Positions 29,195 through 39,325 of a DNA stretch of 64,000 bases are shown in pieces. Numbering within the stretch: position 1 is the first letter of the stretch; every line of letters starts with the position of its first letter. Under the pieces are notes generated by a model. It searched no databases. It saw nothing but the letters and a program-made list of their open reading frames with translations, and was not told the DNA's origin. A program made the translations under genes and the position numbers. Source of the stretch: Bacteroidota bacterium (GTDB lineage: Bacteria > Bacteroidota > Bacteroidia > NS11-12g > UBA955); the NCBI GenBank assembly GCA_005798825.1, contig SYIL01000004.1, forward strand, positions 37,769-101,768. Direction: 5' to 3'.

Positions 29195-30463
29195 TTATTT
29201 ACGAACCTGGTCTACACGTAAAAATATGAATAAAAATAGGGTGAATGCCCATAAACTACTGCCACCATAGGATACAAAAGGCAAGGGAATACCAATCACA
29301 GGTGTCAATCCTATTGTCATCCCAATATTGATTAATAGGTGAATAAACAGAACGCATGATAAAGAATAGCCAAATACTCTTCCAAAAACTGTTGATTGTC
29401 GTTCGGCAAGTATGACAATGCGTAAAATCATTCCAAAAAAAATCAATAAAAAAATCAGGGTCCCCACAAATCCCCATTCTTCGCCGATAGTATCAAAAAT
29501 AAAATCGGTATGTTGTGCGGGTACAAATCCCATTTTTGTTTGGGATCCTTGCATATAGCCACGACCCCAAAATTCACCCGCTCCGATGGCAATTTTTGAT
29601 TGTTGAAGGTTGAATCCTACGCCTTTATTGTCTTCCTTTAAACCCAATATTAATTCTATTCTATCGCGTTGATAGGGCTGCAAGACTTGTTGGTAAGTTG
29701 TTCCAACAACTGTATAAAAAAGTGAAGACAAAACCGCAACCAGGATGGTTATTTTAACAATTCCCTTGTCTTTGCGAAAAAACAATACAATCATAGAAGC
29801 CAATCCCAAAAGAATACCATAGCCATAAAAACTTGATATCCCACTGGCTTCACTCATAATCCTTAGAATTGAAAGAATCAAAAACCATGCGGCTGAAAGC
29901 AGAATAAAACCCGGCAAACCCTCTCGGTAAAGAACCAAAAAGAAAGCCAAAAAAACCAGTGCGCTTCCCGTGTCATTTTGAATAAGTATAATCGCAAACG
30001 GCACCAAAAAAATTACAAAACAGATGAATATGTTTTTGAATCCCTGAAAACGAATTCCATATGTACCCAAAAATTTTGCCAAAGCAAGGGCAGTGGCAAT
30101 TTTGGCGAATTCACTTGGTTGAATCCCAATTCCACCATATCCAAACCAAGATTTGGCGCCAGATATTTCTTTGCCCAAAAACAATACAGCAATATTCAAC
30201 GCGATGGCAATGGCGTAAAATCCATAGGCGAAATAATCGATCACTACGATATTTGAGAAAATAATACTCAATACAATAATGAATGCTCCTGCGATCCAGA
30301 TTAATTGTTTAACTGCAATTGGGCTCAAATTATACAACTTTTGGTTGACAACAGAGGTTGCTGAACTTATGCTAATAAATCCAATAAAAATCAAACAGAC
30401 ATAAAAAAAAACGACAATGGAATCAATTTTATTGTTGGTTTTATCGAATGTTCCAATGTCCAT
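29195..30463 (-). CDS. rodA: Rod shape-determining SEDS glycosyltransferase RodA
   Basis: QPSEFAK, QNDTGSA, QSKIAIG, HTDFIF, GEEWGF and PLPFVSYGGSS. Confidence 0.95.
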   Translation of the reverse strand: MDIGTFDKTNNKIDSIVVFFYVCLIFIGFISISSATSVVNQKLYNLSPIAVKQLIWIAGAFIIVLSIIFSNIVVIDYFAYGFYAIAIALNIAVLFLGKEISGAKSWFGYGGIGIQPSEFAKIATALALAKFLGTYGIRFQGFKNIFICFVIFLVPFAIILIQNDTGSALVFLAFFLVLYREGLPGFILLSAAWFLILSILRIMSEASGISSFYGYGILLGLASMIVLFFRKDKGIVKITILVAVLSSLFYTVVGTTYQQVLQPYQRDRIELILGLKEDNKGVGFNLQQSKIAIGAGEFWGRGYMQGSQTKMGFVPAQHTDFIFDTIGEEWGFVGTLIFLLIFFGMILRIVILAERQSTVFGRVFGYSLSCVLFIHLLINIGMTIGLTPVIGIPLPFVSYGGSSLWAFTLFLFIFLRVDQVRK

Positions 30464-30464
30464 A

Positions 30465-32306
30465 CTACTTGATTACGCTGGTTTTAATCCGTTCTTCCAT
30501 TTCTGGCTTGGAGGTAGTTAGTTCAGGGTGAATGTATTTTTCTATCATGAGATTTGCTATAGGAGCTGCCCATGTTGCCCCAAATCCTCCGTTTTCAACA
30601 ATTACAGCAATGGCAATTTTTGGATTGTCTTTTGGTGCGAATGCCATAAAGATAGAGTGATCTTTACCATGTGGATTTTGGGCAGTCCCTGTTTTAGCGC
30701 ATATTTCTATGTCTGCAATGCCCGTTCCATTTGCGGTTCCACCGGGTTTGGTTACATCAGACATTCCGTCAATTATCGTAGCAAAATGCAAGGGATGAAT
30801 GGTTGTGAATTGTCTTATTTTGTATTTTCTGTCCCAACCTGTATCAGCGTAACCCTCAATTTTTTTTACCAAATGTGGTGCGTAATACCAACCCCTGTTT
30901 GCTAAAATAGCGGCCACATTACAAATCTGAAGGGGTGTAAGCAAAATTTCTCCCTGGCCAATGCTCAAGGAAATAATGGTGCTACTTTTCCACCTTTCTC
31001 CGTGACGCCTGTTGAGTTGCCCTACGCTTGGAATATTGCCTTTAGACTCGCCCAAAAGGTCTATTCCCAGTTGTTTGCCTAGCCCAAATGAACGGAGGTG
31101 CTTTTCCAAGGCAGCATAACCGAGTTTTATATCTCCATATTTGGGATTGTCTATTATGTCTCGAAAAACTTGGCAATAATAACTATTACAGGAAATACGA
31201 ATAGACCCACGCAAATCTAAAGGACCACCATGAGCATGGCAACCAACAGTAATGCTGCCCAATCGATAACCACCGCCACAACCATGAGTAGTGGTTGCGT
31301 TCAAGACACCTTCTTGCATACCAATCAATGCCATTACTGTCTTAAATGTAGATCCGGGAGGGTAGGTTCCTTTAACTGCTCTATTGTAAAGTGGCTTTTG
31401 GGGATCCAACAACAAAGCTCTGAATGTAGTGGAACGTTCTTTGCCTATCATGGTATTTTGGTCATAATCGGGATTGTTAATAAAGGCCAATATTTCTCCT
31501 GTTTTTGGCTCAATGGCTACGACACTTCCTCTTTTTCCATTTAACAGCAGTCTTCCATATTCTTGTAGATCGATATCAAGGCTACTGGTTACATCTGGAC
31601 CAGCCACTGAAGGGTAGTTAAATTGGGTGTCTTTTACGACACCTCGTTCTGCATAGGTTCTATCTTGCCACACGGTTTTTACCCCTTTTATACCCCGTAT
31701 TTGTTTTTCGTAATAGCGCTCAATTCCTGTAATGCCCAGCAAATCTCCAGCTTGATAATAATCATCAATTTCAGCATTGGGTTCTTTTGTTTCACCCAAA
31801 TAACCCAATGCATGGGAGGCAGAAATTGTAGAAAATTGTCTGTCTGTTCTAGACTCAATAAAAAATCCTTTTAACCGGTATATATTTTCACGAAGCAGAG
31901 CGAATTGACCATTGGTGAGGTTTGAATAAAAAGTAGCCGACTTATTAAAAGAATTGTTTTTTTGTCTTTTATTAGACCGTATCGTCGCATCATGCAATAA
32001 AAAACGAACCCGTGGAAAATCAATTTCTAAGATTGAACACAACAATCCGGTATCCAGGGTGGTTATTTGATGAGGGAATATCGACAAATCATACATCTGC
32101 GTACTATACACCATCAATTTCCCTTTTCGATCGAAAATATTGCTTCGAGAAGGGTAGAGCGTTATTTTGTTCAGCGCATTATTAATGGCCATTTTTTTGT
32201 ATGGAACAGGACCCAGTTGAATGCGCGCTATACGAAATGTGTAGACAAGGAATATCAATAAAAACAATGCAATGTATACGTACTGCCTATTTTTTCTTGT
32301 TTCCAT
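30465..32306 (-). CDS. mrdA: Penicillin-binding protein 2
   Basis: N-terminal TM, PPGSTFK (SxxK), SCN (SxN) and KTGTAQ, located in the mre operon. Confidence 0.93.
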   Translation of the reverse strand: METRKNRQYVYIALFLLIFLVYTFRIARIQLGPVPYKKMAINNALNKITLYPSRSNIFDRKGKLMVYSTQMYDLSIFPHQITTLDTGLLCSILEIDFPRVRFLLHDATIRSNKRQKNNSFNKSATFYSNLTNGQFALLRENIYRLKGFFIESRTDRQFSTISASHALGYLGETKEPNAEIDDYYQAGDLLGITGIERYYEKQIRGIKGVKTVWQDRTYAERGVVKDTQFNYPSVAGPDVTSSLDIDLQEYGRLLLNGKRGSVVAIEPKTGEILAFINNPDYDQNTMIGKERSTTFRALLLDPQKPLYNRAVKGTYPPGSTFKTVMALIGMQEGVLNATTTHGCGGGYRLGSITVGCHAHGGPLDLRGSIRISCNSYYCQVFRDIIDNPKYGDIKLGYAALEKHLRSFGLGKQLGIDLLGESKGNIPSVGQLNRRHGERWKSSTIISLSIGQGEILLTPLQICNVAAILANRGWYYAPHLVKKIEGYADTGWDRKYKIRQFTTIHPLHFATIIDGMSDVTKPGGTANGTGIADIEICAKTGTAQNPHGKDHSIFMAFAPKDNPKIAIAVIVENGGFGATWAAPIANLMIEKYIHPELTTSKPEMEERIKTSVIK

Positions 32307-32309
32307 AAC

Positions 32310-32819
32310 CTATTTTTTGCCAACCAAATATCTAAATATTTGCATAAAAAAAATCGTTGCAATGGCACTGATAATGGATATTGAAATTACGGTAAAAATT
32401 GCCGACCAACGGAAGTAATCCAAAGAAAAGAAAATGATGTGGTGGGCAAGAATGATGGATAAGCAATACAGGTAATACCATTTCCAACCTTTGTATTGTT
32501 CATTTACACATTGAAAACCCTGTAGTTGAAGCGAATTTTCATTTACAAAATAGCGGTCTATTATATTTTTTATAAATGCAATAGAAACACATGCAGCAGA
32601 ATGCATACCCATGCTGCCTCCCAAAAAATCAAGTGTAAGTCCAAAGAAGAAAGAGCCGACCAAAACCCCAAAACGATTGGCAGAAATGGGTATAAGAAAA
32701 AAGAAATATACATAAGGCATGGGTTTTATCCACCAGGCCAAATTAACTTCTTTGATAACCATTGTTTGAATGATCGCCAAAACCAAGCCACTCAGTATAA
32801 ACCTAATTGTTTCTATCAT
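32310..32819 (-). CDS. mreD: Rod shape-determining protein MreD
   Basis: Small polytopic membrane protein between mreC and mrdA with GLTLD..GMHSAA. Confidence 0.8.
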   Translation of the reverse strand: MIETIRFILSGLVLAIIQTMVIKEVNLAWWIKPMPYVYFFFLIPISANRFGVLVGSFFFGLTLDFLGGSMGMHSAACVSIAFIKNIIDRYFVNENSLQLQGFQCVNEQYKGWKWYYLYCLSIILAHHIIFFSLDYFRWSAIFTVISISIISAIATIFFMQIFRYLVGKK

Positions 32820-33660
32820 CCTTTATGGGTATGGCATTGTCTAATTTATCTATCTCTTCTTGTTGATTGTTTTTTACAACCGAAACCCAATCAATTTTTG
32901 AAAAATCTGTTGCCAATTTAACTTTTATGGTAAAAAAATTGGCTTTGAGGTTTGAACTGCTTTTGACAATGGTACCGATGGGTATCCCTGCAGGAAAAAT
33001 CAATGAATAGTTGCTCGTAAACAACTGCATTCCGTTTTTTACTTTCACAAATCGATTCACCTCTTCAAGTTCTACATATCTTGAATCTTCGCCATTCCAA
33101 TTAATTACGCCATGGCTTGATTGTAATTCTTTGAAATAAGGGGTGATTTCAAATTTTGAATTTAAAACCGACATTACAAGTGAATAATGTGCCGTTGATT
33201 CTAAAACGATTCCAACAATTCCCATAGGTGATACAACCGACATGTGTTGTTTAACACCATTTTCATACCCCTGGTCTAATATAATAAAGTTATTTTGTTC
33301 ATTTACAGAACTTCGAATTACACGCGCTTTGATATAGTGGTATTTAACAATGCTATTGGTAATGGAATCTAGATAGCTGATATCGCGTTTAGGGGAGTAA
33401 TCGGTAAGGTTCCAGTTTAACTGATCTTTGAGCAATTGGTTTTCGTTGATCAATTTCTGGTTTTTTTCTTCAAGGTCGAAATATTGGGTAATATCAGATT
33501 TCCATGAATCAATTTGGCGATAGAATCCCAAATACTGGTTGAAGTAAATACTTTGTTGATAGAGGTGAAACCGGAGAATTTGAGACCATGCACTTAAAAA
33601 TAGCAATGCAAACAGGAGGGGGTAGGCTTGATTCCGAATCCAACGGAATATGACTAACAT
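32803..33660 (-). CDS. mreC: Rod shape-determining protein MreC
   Basis: TM + coiled coil (NQKLINEN), ILDQGYENGV, GIVGIV and FPAGIPIG. Confidence 0.92.
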   Translation of the reverse strand: MLVIFRWIRNQAYPLLFALLFLSAWSQILRFHLYQQSIYFNQYLGFYRQIDSWKSDITQYFDLEEKNQKLINENQLLKDQLNWNLTDYSPKRDISYLDSITNSIVKYHYIKARVIRSSVNEQNNFIILDQGYENGVKQHMSVVSPMGIVGIVLESTAHYSLVMSVLNSKFEITPYFKELQSSHGVINWNGEDSRYVELEEVNRFVKVKNGMQLFTSNYSLIFPAGIPIGTIVKSSSNLKANFFTIKVKLATDFSKIDWVSVVKNNQQEEIDKLDNAIPIKDDRNN

Positions 33661-33673
33661 TGATTACATTTAT

Positions 33674-34699
33674 TTAGGCAGTCATCAAAAATTTAAATCT
33701 ACCGATATTTTTCAAAGCAGTTCCGGTTCCACGCACAACCGCCCGAAGAGGGTCTTCGGCAATTTGAACACGCAGTTTCGTTTTCGCAGAAATGCGCTTA
33801 TCCAGACCTCTCAGCAACGCACCTCCACCTGTAAGCCAAATTCCATTGGCCAATATATCTGCACTCAATTCTGGTGGTGATTGTTCTAATGCACGCAAAA
33901 CAGCCTCTTCCACTTTCATAATACTTTTGTCTAAACAACGGGCAATTTCACTGTAACTAATCAAAATTTGCTTGGGAATGCCTGTCATCAAGTCACGGCC
34001 GAATACAGCGTAGTCTTCTGGTGGGGTATCCAATTCTTGTAAAGCCGAACCAATATGAATTTTAATTTTTTCAGCTGTACGCTCTCCAATTAGTAAATTG
34101 TGGTCTCGGCGCATAAATTCTACAATGTCTAAATTGAATTCATGCCCTGCTACCCGTATACTTTCGTCGCATACAATTCCCCCCAAAGCAATAATTGCAA
34201 TCTCAGTGGTTCCACCACCAATATCAACAATCATATTGCCCTGAGGCTGGGTAACATCAATTCCAATCCCAACGGCTGCAGCCATGGGTTCATGAATTAA
34301 ATATACTTCCTTGGCTCCGCTTCGCTCCGCACTGTCTTTTACAGCACGTTTTTCCACCTCGGTAATACCCGATGGTATACAAATTACCATCTTTAATTGT
34401 GGAGAAAACCAATGTTTTTTTTGATCCATCATTTTGATCATACCGCGAATCATGTGCTCAGCGGCTTGGAAATCAGCAATTACGCCATCCTTCAAAGGAC
34501 GAATTGTTTTAATTCCTTCATTTTCTTTACCAAACATTTGCATAGCGTCTTTACCTATAGCAATTACATTGCCTGTATTGCGTTCAATGGCAATAATGCT
34601 GGGCTCATCTACAACAACTTTGTCTTTGTAAATGATTAGGGTATTGGCAGTACCCAAATCAATGGCCAGCTCTTGGGTTAAAAAACTAAAAAAACTCAT
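33674..34699 (-). CDS. mreB: Actin-like rod shape-determining protein MreB
   Basis: IDLGTANT, RPLKDGVIADF, EPMAAA, DIGGGTT and LTGGGALL. Confidence 0.97.
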   Translation of the reverse strand: MSFFSFLTQELAIDLGTANTLIIYKDKVVVDEPSIIAIERNTGNVIAIGKDAMQMFGKENEGIKTIRPLKDGVIADFQAAEHMIRGMIKMMDQKKHWFSPQLKMVICIPSGITEVEKRAVKDSAERSGAKEVYLIHEPMAAAVGIGIDVTQPQGNMIVDIGGGTTEIAIIALGGIVCDESIRVAGHEFNLDIVEFMRRDHNLLIGERTAEKIKIHIGSALQELDTPPEDYAVFGRDLMTGIPKQILISYSEIARCLDKSIMKVEEAVLRALEQSPPELSADILANGIWLTGGGALLRGLDKRISAKTKLRVQIAEDPLRAVVRGTGTALKNIGRFKFLMTA

Positions 34700-34772
34700 T
34701 TATTTGTTGGTATAATAAGTTGCAAAATAAATACAAAATTGCGCAATCCGAAGTGTGCAGGCGACTATTTTA

Positions 34773-37700
34773 TTAAAAATTCCACGACATGCATAAATGT
34801 TGAACGGGACACTGCATTTGACCTTCTTTTATACCCCATGCAAATTCATAACGCAAGGGGGTTTTTAGAATTGTTGCAGACAGTCCCATTCCAATACCAA
34901 CGAGGTAGGGGTTCCGTTTTGCTGTAACCGAAATACTGTAATCGGGCCTATGAATTATTTGGGTATTGAAAGGATTGTTCGGATCTGCAGGGCTTGCATT
35001 TAAAAATGCTGTGCCGACATCTAAAAATGTGAACATATTGACAGACTGGGAGAATTCTTGTTTTAAGATGGTTTTTTTCAATAATTGATAGGGCTTGAAC
35101 ACCAGATTATTTTGAATTGCCATTGAACCAGTTCCCATTCGCTGCCCATTGATAAAACCCCTTACAAAGCCACCCTGCTGTCGATAAATATACTGACTCG
35201 CCAAAAAGCTTGGATGAATTTGGGTTTCCCACTGGTCATTGCTTGTCCAACCCTCTGATCCACCAACCCAAAAAAGGGTTTTATTAGATCCTCGGGATAG
35301 GTCTAAGGATATGTCCGATTTGAAGTTAATCCATTTATTGAATGATTTATAAATTTTTGATCGAATGAAAAGAACCAGCATATTGCCAGATTTAGAAGAA
35401 TTACTGGAATGAGTGCTCCATTGAGCAGATGCTTCAGTTTCAATAAAATAACGCATTTCCGTTTCAGGTTTTTTACTGGAATAAAAATGGTTCATCCTAC
35501 ACTGAAGCCCATAAAGTTGGTATTTTTTATGTTGAAAATTTGCAAATCCTGGATTTGAAACCCTGCTAAAATTCAGATCATTTTTACCCCATGCACCCAA
35601 GAATAATTGTAAATTAGGAAGCCAACTACGCGACAATCCGAGGGAAAAAAAGGTAGTGGTATTTTTCTTGTTGGCATTTTCATTCCATCGATAATTTCGA
35701 TTTCTTGTAATGAGTGATTGTTCTATTTGGAAGCGATCCAATCGAATTATTTGGCTTAAACTAAGCCCAATTCGACCTGCATCTATGGTTGATAAAAGCC
35801 CTGCCGTTATTTGGTGTTTGTGTTTCGCATCCAATAGGCACAAACGAATTTGAGGGGTAAAAGGGGAATTGTATACCATAGCAGGGCCAATTTCTCGCAT
35901 ATAGGGCAATAAATTATATTCTTGATTGCCCAAAAATAGTCCTCCATGGGAGAGAAAATAAAAATCGTAATTATACGATGAATCAATATTTCCATTGTAT
36001 TTTGATTGAGATTGTTTTTGTAAACGACGAAGCCACGATTGCATTGGGAAAGAGGATATATAATGCCATGTATCTTGGTTGTTTTGGCCTTGATTGTTGT
36101 CAGGGCTGTAGCGTATATCGAAATTGGGAATTGTGGGAATATTGTCTTGAAGCGCGTTGTTCTTGACCAGCGTTTCCAATTCTCTTTTGGTATCAGAATT
36201 AAGGTCAAGTCTTCTTAAGGTATTGGCTTTATTCGCAAAACTATATTCTAGAATATTTCCCAACTGGGAATTTGAAGAAAAGCTTTGGTTGTAAAAACTA
36301 TTTTTTACTTCTGACTGCCAACGATAATCTGCCGTATTGGAAAACTGATAAAAACGAAGTCTCCACACTTCCCCTTGGTTTTGAACATAGCTAAACTTTC
36401 CCAAACCTTCAGAAATCATTCCCCGAATAATAGGCTTGGTTGTAAGTGTATCCCTTCGTAAAATTTGTTCATCTCCCTTATTTATAGAAATAAATTTGAG
36501 TATGAACGTGTTTTGAAACTCTTCGATTCCAATAGAAAAAAATCCTTGATTGAGGTTAATGGATACCACGGCTGCGCGTTCATCATGGAGTATTGTTGGC
36601 TTGCTGGAAACAAAATGGGGTTGGGGTCTTGCTGATTGGGTGTAAAAATGACTTTGCTGCAAACCATAGAAACAATCAATCCAATACCCCTGAATCGACT
36701 GATCGTTCTGTTTGCATTGGGCCCATAATATCGGAAGACTTGTTATACCTGAAAGGGTGTCTGAGCGCATCAATGTTGCTTCGAAATTCCTTGTTTCAAT
36801 CAAGCATTTATGATTTTCTGATCGCATTATTTGAAATGTCGTACTGTCAGATAATCCACCAGCATTGAATACAAAAATGGGAAATTGAACATTGCTTAAA
36901 ATACTGGGGATGGGTTTAACACAATTCCATACCATTTTTTTTTCTGTTGAATTGTAAATAGAAATACGCTGTTCACCAATCGAAAACCATTCAATGGCAT
37001 AGGAATGTGATTGACCTAATTGAAAAAGGTTTTTTATGGGCAAATTTTTGTATGGATGAATTAATTCAATTTCATTTTGAGAATAAATAGTCGAAGTAGT
37101 GGACGGTGTTCTAGCAGAATTCCATTTTGCAAATGATTGGCCAGTTTGAAATTTGAATGCAGCTTCTGCATTTCCTGTATATTTCACAACAAACCACATC
37201 GCAGAAAAAACAGGTTTTCCATAGTTTACAAACAAGTCTTTCCAAATCTTTTTCCCGTAAACTTGAGCTCCCAAAGGGTCAATTGCATTGGGTGATCGAA
37301 AAGCCCCTTGGCTTTCGAAATATGTATATTCATCGGCTGCCGAACTATTCCATCCTTCGGCCAGGTAAGCACAAAATCCCTGCATAAACCAGGGCGGAAG
37401 TTTTTTGTATCCAACTTGTCTGAGCTGTTGAGCTACAGTAGTTCCATATAAAAATTCTTTGATCAATGCATGTGCGAAACAATATTGCAATTGATCTTTA
37501 ATATTGGAATATGCCGTGTTGATATAGATTGGGTAGGTATGTTCTTGGGCAAGAATGGGGTTGATTTTTTGTCTTTCAATCCAAATTATATTGCGTCCAA
37601 GAGCCAGGTGGTAATCATCTAAGTCTGTGAAGAGTGACAATCTAAATTCTCCACGTAATTTATATCCAAGCAACAACTCAAAGGCTCGCATTGTATTTTC

Positions 37701-37913
37701 TGTAAAACTAAAAATTGAATCGACGCATACTTTTTGGGCAATTCCACGATGATTAAAATCTGCCGGAATGATTAGGGATGTTCGACCATAAACCAACTTG
37801 ACAGGACACTGTTCTGCAAAACTGAAAAAGGGAGATAATCCTAGGAAAAACAGGGAAATAAGTTTGCATTTTGTGCAGTCTCCAATGTGAATAGTGGGGA
37901 TTCTCATTCTCAT
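34773..37913 (-). CDS. Omp85-like outer-membrane protein with N-terminal degenerate zincin-like and beta-rich middle domains
   Basis: Signal peptide, LPPWFMQGFCAY peptidase-MA-like segment, C-terminal beta-strand pattern with VRGF and FLDVG motifs, terminal Phe (MSWNF). Confidence 0.6.
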   Translation of the reverse strand: MRMRIPTIHIGDCTKCKLISLFFLGLSPFFSFAEQCPVKLVYGRTSLIIPADFNHRGIAQKVCVDSIFSFTENTMRAFELLLGYKLRGEFRLSLFTDLDDYHLALGRNIIWIERQKINPILAQEHTYPIYINTAYSNIKDQLQYCFAHALIKEFLYGTTVAQQLRQVGYKKLPPWFMQGFCAYLAEGWNSSAADEYTYFESQGAFRSPNAIDPLGAQVYGKKIWKDLFVNYGKPVFSAMWFVVKYTGNAEAAFKFQTGQSFAKWNSARTPSTTSTIYSQNEIELIHPYKNLPIKNLFQLGQSHSYAIEWFSIGEQRISIYNSTEKKMVWNCVKPIPSILSNVQFPIFVFNAGGLSDSTTFQIMRSENHKCLIETRNFEATLMRSDTLSGITSLPILWAQCKQNDQSIQGYWIDCFYGLQQSHFYTQSARPQPHFVSSKPTILHDERAAVVSINLNQGFFSIGIEEFQNTFILKFISINKGDEQILRRDTLTTKPIIRGMISEGLGKFSYVQNQGEVWRLRFYQFSNTADYRWQSEVKNSFYNQSFSSNSQLGNILEYSFANKANTLRRLDLNSDTKRELETLVKNNALQDNIPTIPNFDIRYSPDNNQGQNNQDTWHYISSFPMQSWLRRLQKQSQSKYNGNIDSSYNYDFYFLSHGGLFLGNQEYNLLPYMREIGPAMVYNSPFTPQIRLCLLDAKHKHQITAGLLSTIDAGRIGLSLSQIIRLDRFQIEQSLITRNRNYRWNENANKKNTTTFFSLGLSRSWLPNLQLFLGAWGKNDLNFSRVSNPGFANFQHKKYQLYGLQCRMNHFYSSKKPETEMRYFIETEASAQWSTHSSNSSKSGNMLVLFIRSKIYKSFNKWINFKSDISLDLSRGSNKTLFWVGGSEGWTSNDQWETQIHPSFLASQYIYRQQGGFVRGFINGQRMGTGSMAIQNNLVFKPYQLLKKTILKQEFSQSVNMFTFLDVGTAFLNASPADPNNPFNTQIIHRPDYSISVTAKRNPYLVGIGMGLSATILKTPLRYEFAWGIKEGQMQCPVQHLCMSWNF

Positions 37914-37962
37914 CCGAATATACGAAAATTGCTATAAATTCCCACAGTTAAGATTCTACTAT

Positions 37963-37970
37963 TACCTTTG
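37963..37970 (+). promoter_or_regulatory. -7 box (TACCTTTG) for rocD
   Basis: Exact TAnnTTTG, 5 nt before ATG 37976. Confidence 0.65.
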
Positions 37971-37975
37971 CCATT

Positions 37976-39205
37976 ATGCCAACTGAGACCAACCCACAGT
38001 ATTTTATTGATCTAGAAAATCACTATGGCGCAAACACATATTCTCCTTTGCCCGTGGTTATAGAAAGAGGCGAGGGTGTTTTCCTTTGGGATGTTCAGGG
38101 AAAACAATACATCGATTTCTTGTCGGCATATTCGGCAGTGAATCAAGGACATTGTCATCCAAAGATTGTAGCCGCAATTCTCAAACAAAGTCAAATACTC
38201 ACTTTAACATCCCGTGCTTTTTACAACAATATGTTGGGTCCTTTTGAGGAATATATTACTGGTCTTTTTGGGTATGACAGAGTATTGCCAATGAATACAG
38301 GGGTAGAGGGGGGAGAAACAGCCCTAAAATTGGCAAGAAAATGGGCTTATACACTGAAAGGAGTCGCCGAAAACCAGGCTAAGATTGTTTTTGCCAGTGG
38401 GAATTTCTGGGGCAGAACCATTGCTGCAGTCTCTACTTCACAGGATTCTGCGAGCACCAAAGATTTCGGCCCCTTTGTACCGGGATTCACCATAGTCCCC
38501 TTCAATGATTTGAAGGCTTTAGAAGCCGCTTTTCAAGATTCTTCAGTAGCGGCTTTTATGGTGGAGCCCATTCAGGGAGAAGCGGGTGTTATTGTTCCAA
38601 GCGATGGGTATATTGCGGGTGTTCGAAGACTGTGCACCCAATACAATGTTTTGTTCATTGCTGATGAAGTTCAAACTGGATTGGGCAGAACTGGTAAAAT
38701 GCTATGTTGCGAACACGAATTGGTAAAACCTGATGTTTTGATTTTGGGCAAAGCATTGGGTGGTGGGGTATTTCCTGTGAGTGCAGTATTGGCATCTACT
38801 GAGATTATGGAGATTTTACACCCTGGCCAACATGGGTCTACCTTTGGTGGCAATCCATTGGCTTGTGCTGTTGCGACTGCCTCATTAAAAGTATTGGTTG
38901 AAGAAAAATTGGCAGACAATGCTATAGCAATGGGTGATATTTTTCGCAAAAATCTGAGAAATATTCAAACAGAAATTGTAACAGGTGTTCGCGGAAAAGG
39001 ATTGCTAAATGCCATAGATATCAAGCCCTTTGGCAATGGCAAAACTGCATATGATGTTTGTTTGGCATTGAAAAATAATGGATTACTCGCAAAGCAAACC
39101 CATATCCATACCATTCGTTTTGCACCACCTTTGGTTATTACTGAGCAACAATTGCAATCGGCAACAGAGATTATCTCGTATACAGTTGCTGAAATTTCTA
39201 AATAA
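37976..39205 (+). CDS. rocD: Ornithine--oxo-acid aminotransferase
   Basis: [55 protein letters not shown] and HGSTFGGNP. Confidence 0.95.
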   Translation: MPTETNPQYFIDLENHYGANTYSPLPVVIERGEGVFLWDVQGKQYIDFLSAYSAVNQGHCHPKIVAAILKQSQILTLTSRAFYNNMLGPFEEYITGLFGYDRVLPMNTGVEGGETALKLARKWAYTLKGVAENQAKIVFASGNFWGRTIAAVSTSQDSASTKDFGPFVPGFTIVPFNDLKALEAAFQDSSVAAFMVEPIQGEAGVIVPSDGYIAGVRRLCTQYNVLFIADEVQTGLGRTGKMLCCEHELVKPDVLILGKALGGGVFPVSAVLASTEIMEILHPGQHGSTFGGNPLACAVATASLKVLVEEKLADNAIAMGDIFRKNLRNIQTEIVTGVRGKGLLNAIDIKPFGNGKTAYDVCLALKNNGLLAKQTHIHTIRFAPPLVITEQQLQSATEIISYTVAEISK

Positions 39206-39221
39206 TATCTTGCTTTTATCT

Positions 39222-39229
39222 TATTTTTG
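39222..39229 (+). promoter_or_regulatory. -7 box (TATTTTTG) for tRNA-Leu
   Basis: Exact TAnnTTTG, 7 nt before the tRNA 5' end. Confidence 0.7.
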
Positions 39230-39236
39230 CGAATTC

Positions 39237-39322
39237 GCTCGGGTGGCGGAATAGGTAGACGCGCAGGACTTAAAATCCTGTTTTCAGCAATGAAAGTACG
39301 GGTTCGATTCCCGTCCCGAGCA
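39237..39322 (+). tRNA. tRNA-Leu (anticodon TAA), CCA not encoded
   Basis: Acceptor stem GCTCGGG/CCCGAGC + A, D-loop GGTAGA, anticodon arm CAGGA-CTTAAAA-TCCTG, variable arm TTTCA-GCAA-TGAAA, T-arm ACGGG-TTCGATT-CCCGT. Confidence 0.97.
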
Positions 39323-39325
39323 CAA

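Noticed and set aside
39237-39322. tRNA-Leu(UAA) as an island integration site or bldA-like rare-codon switch
   Set aside because: No integrase or duplicated tRNA 3' end seen in the window, and TTA codons are common in housekeeping genes here.
39227-39325. Apparent tRNA-encoded N-terminus of the TPR protein, and antisense ORF 38965-39453
   Set aside because: Read-through of a canonical tRNA gene. The lipoprotein signal peptide begins at 39326.
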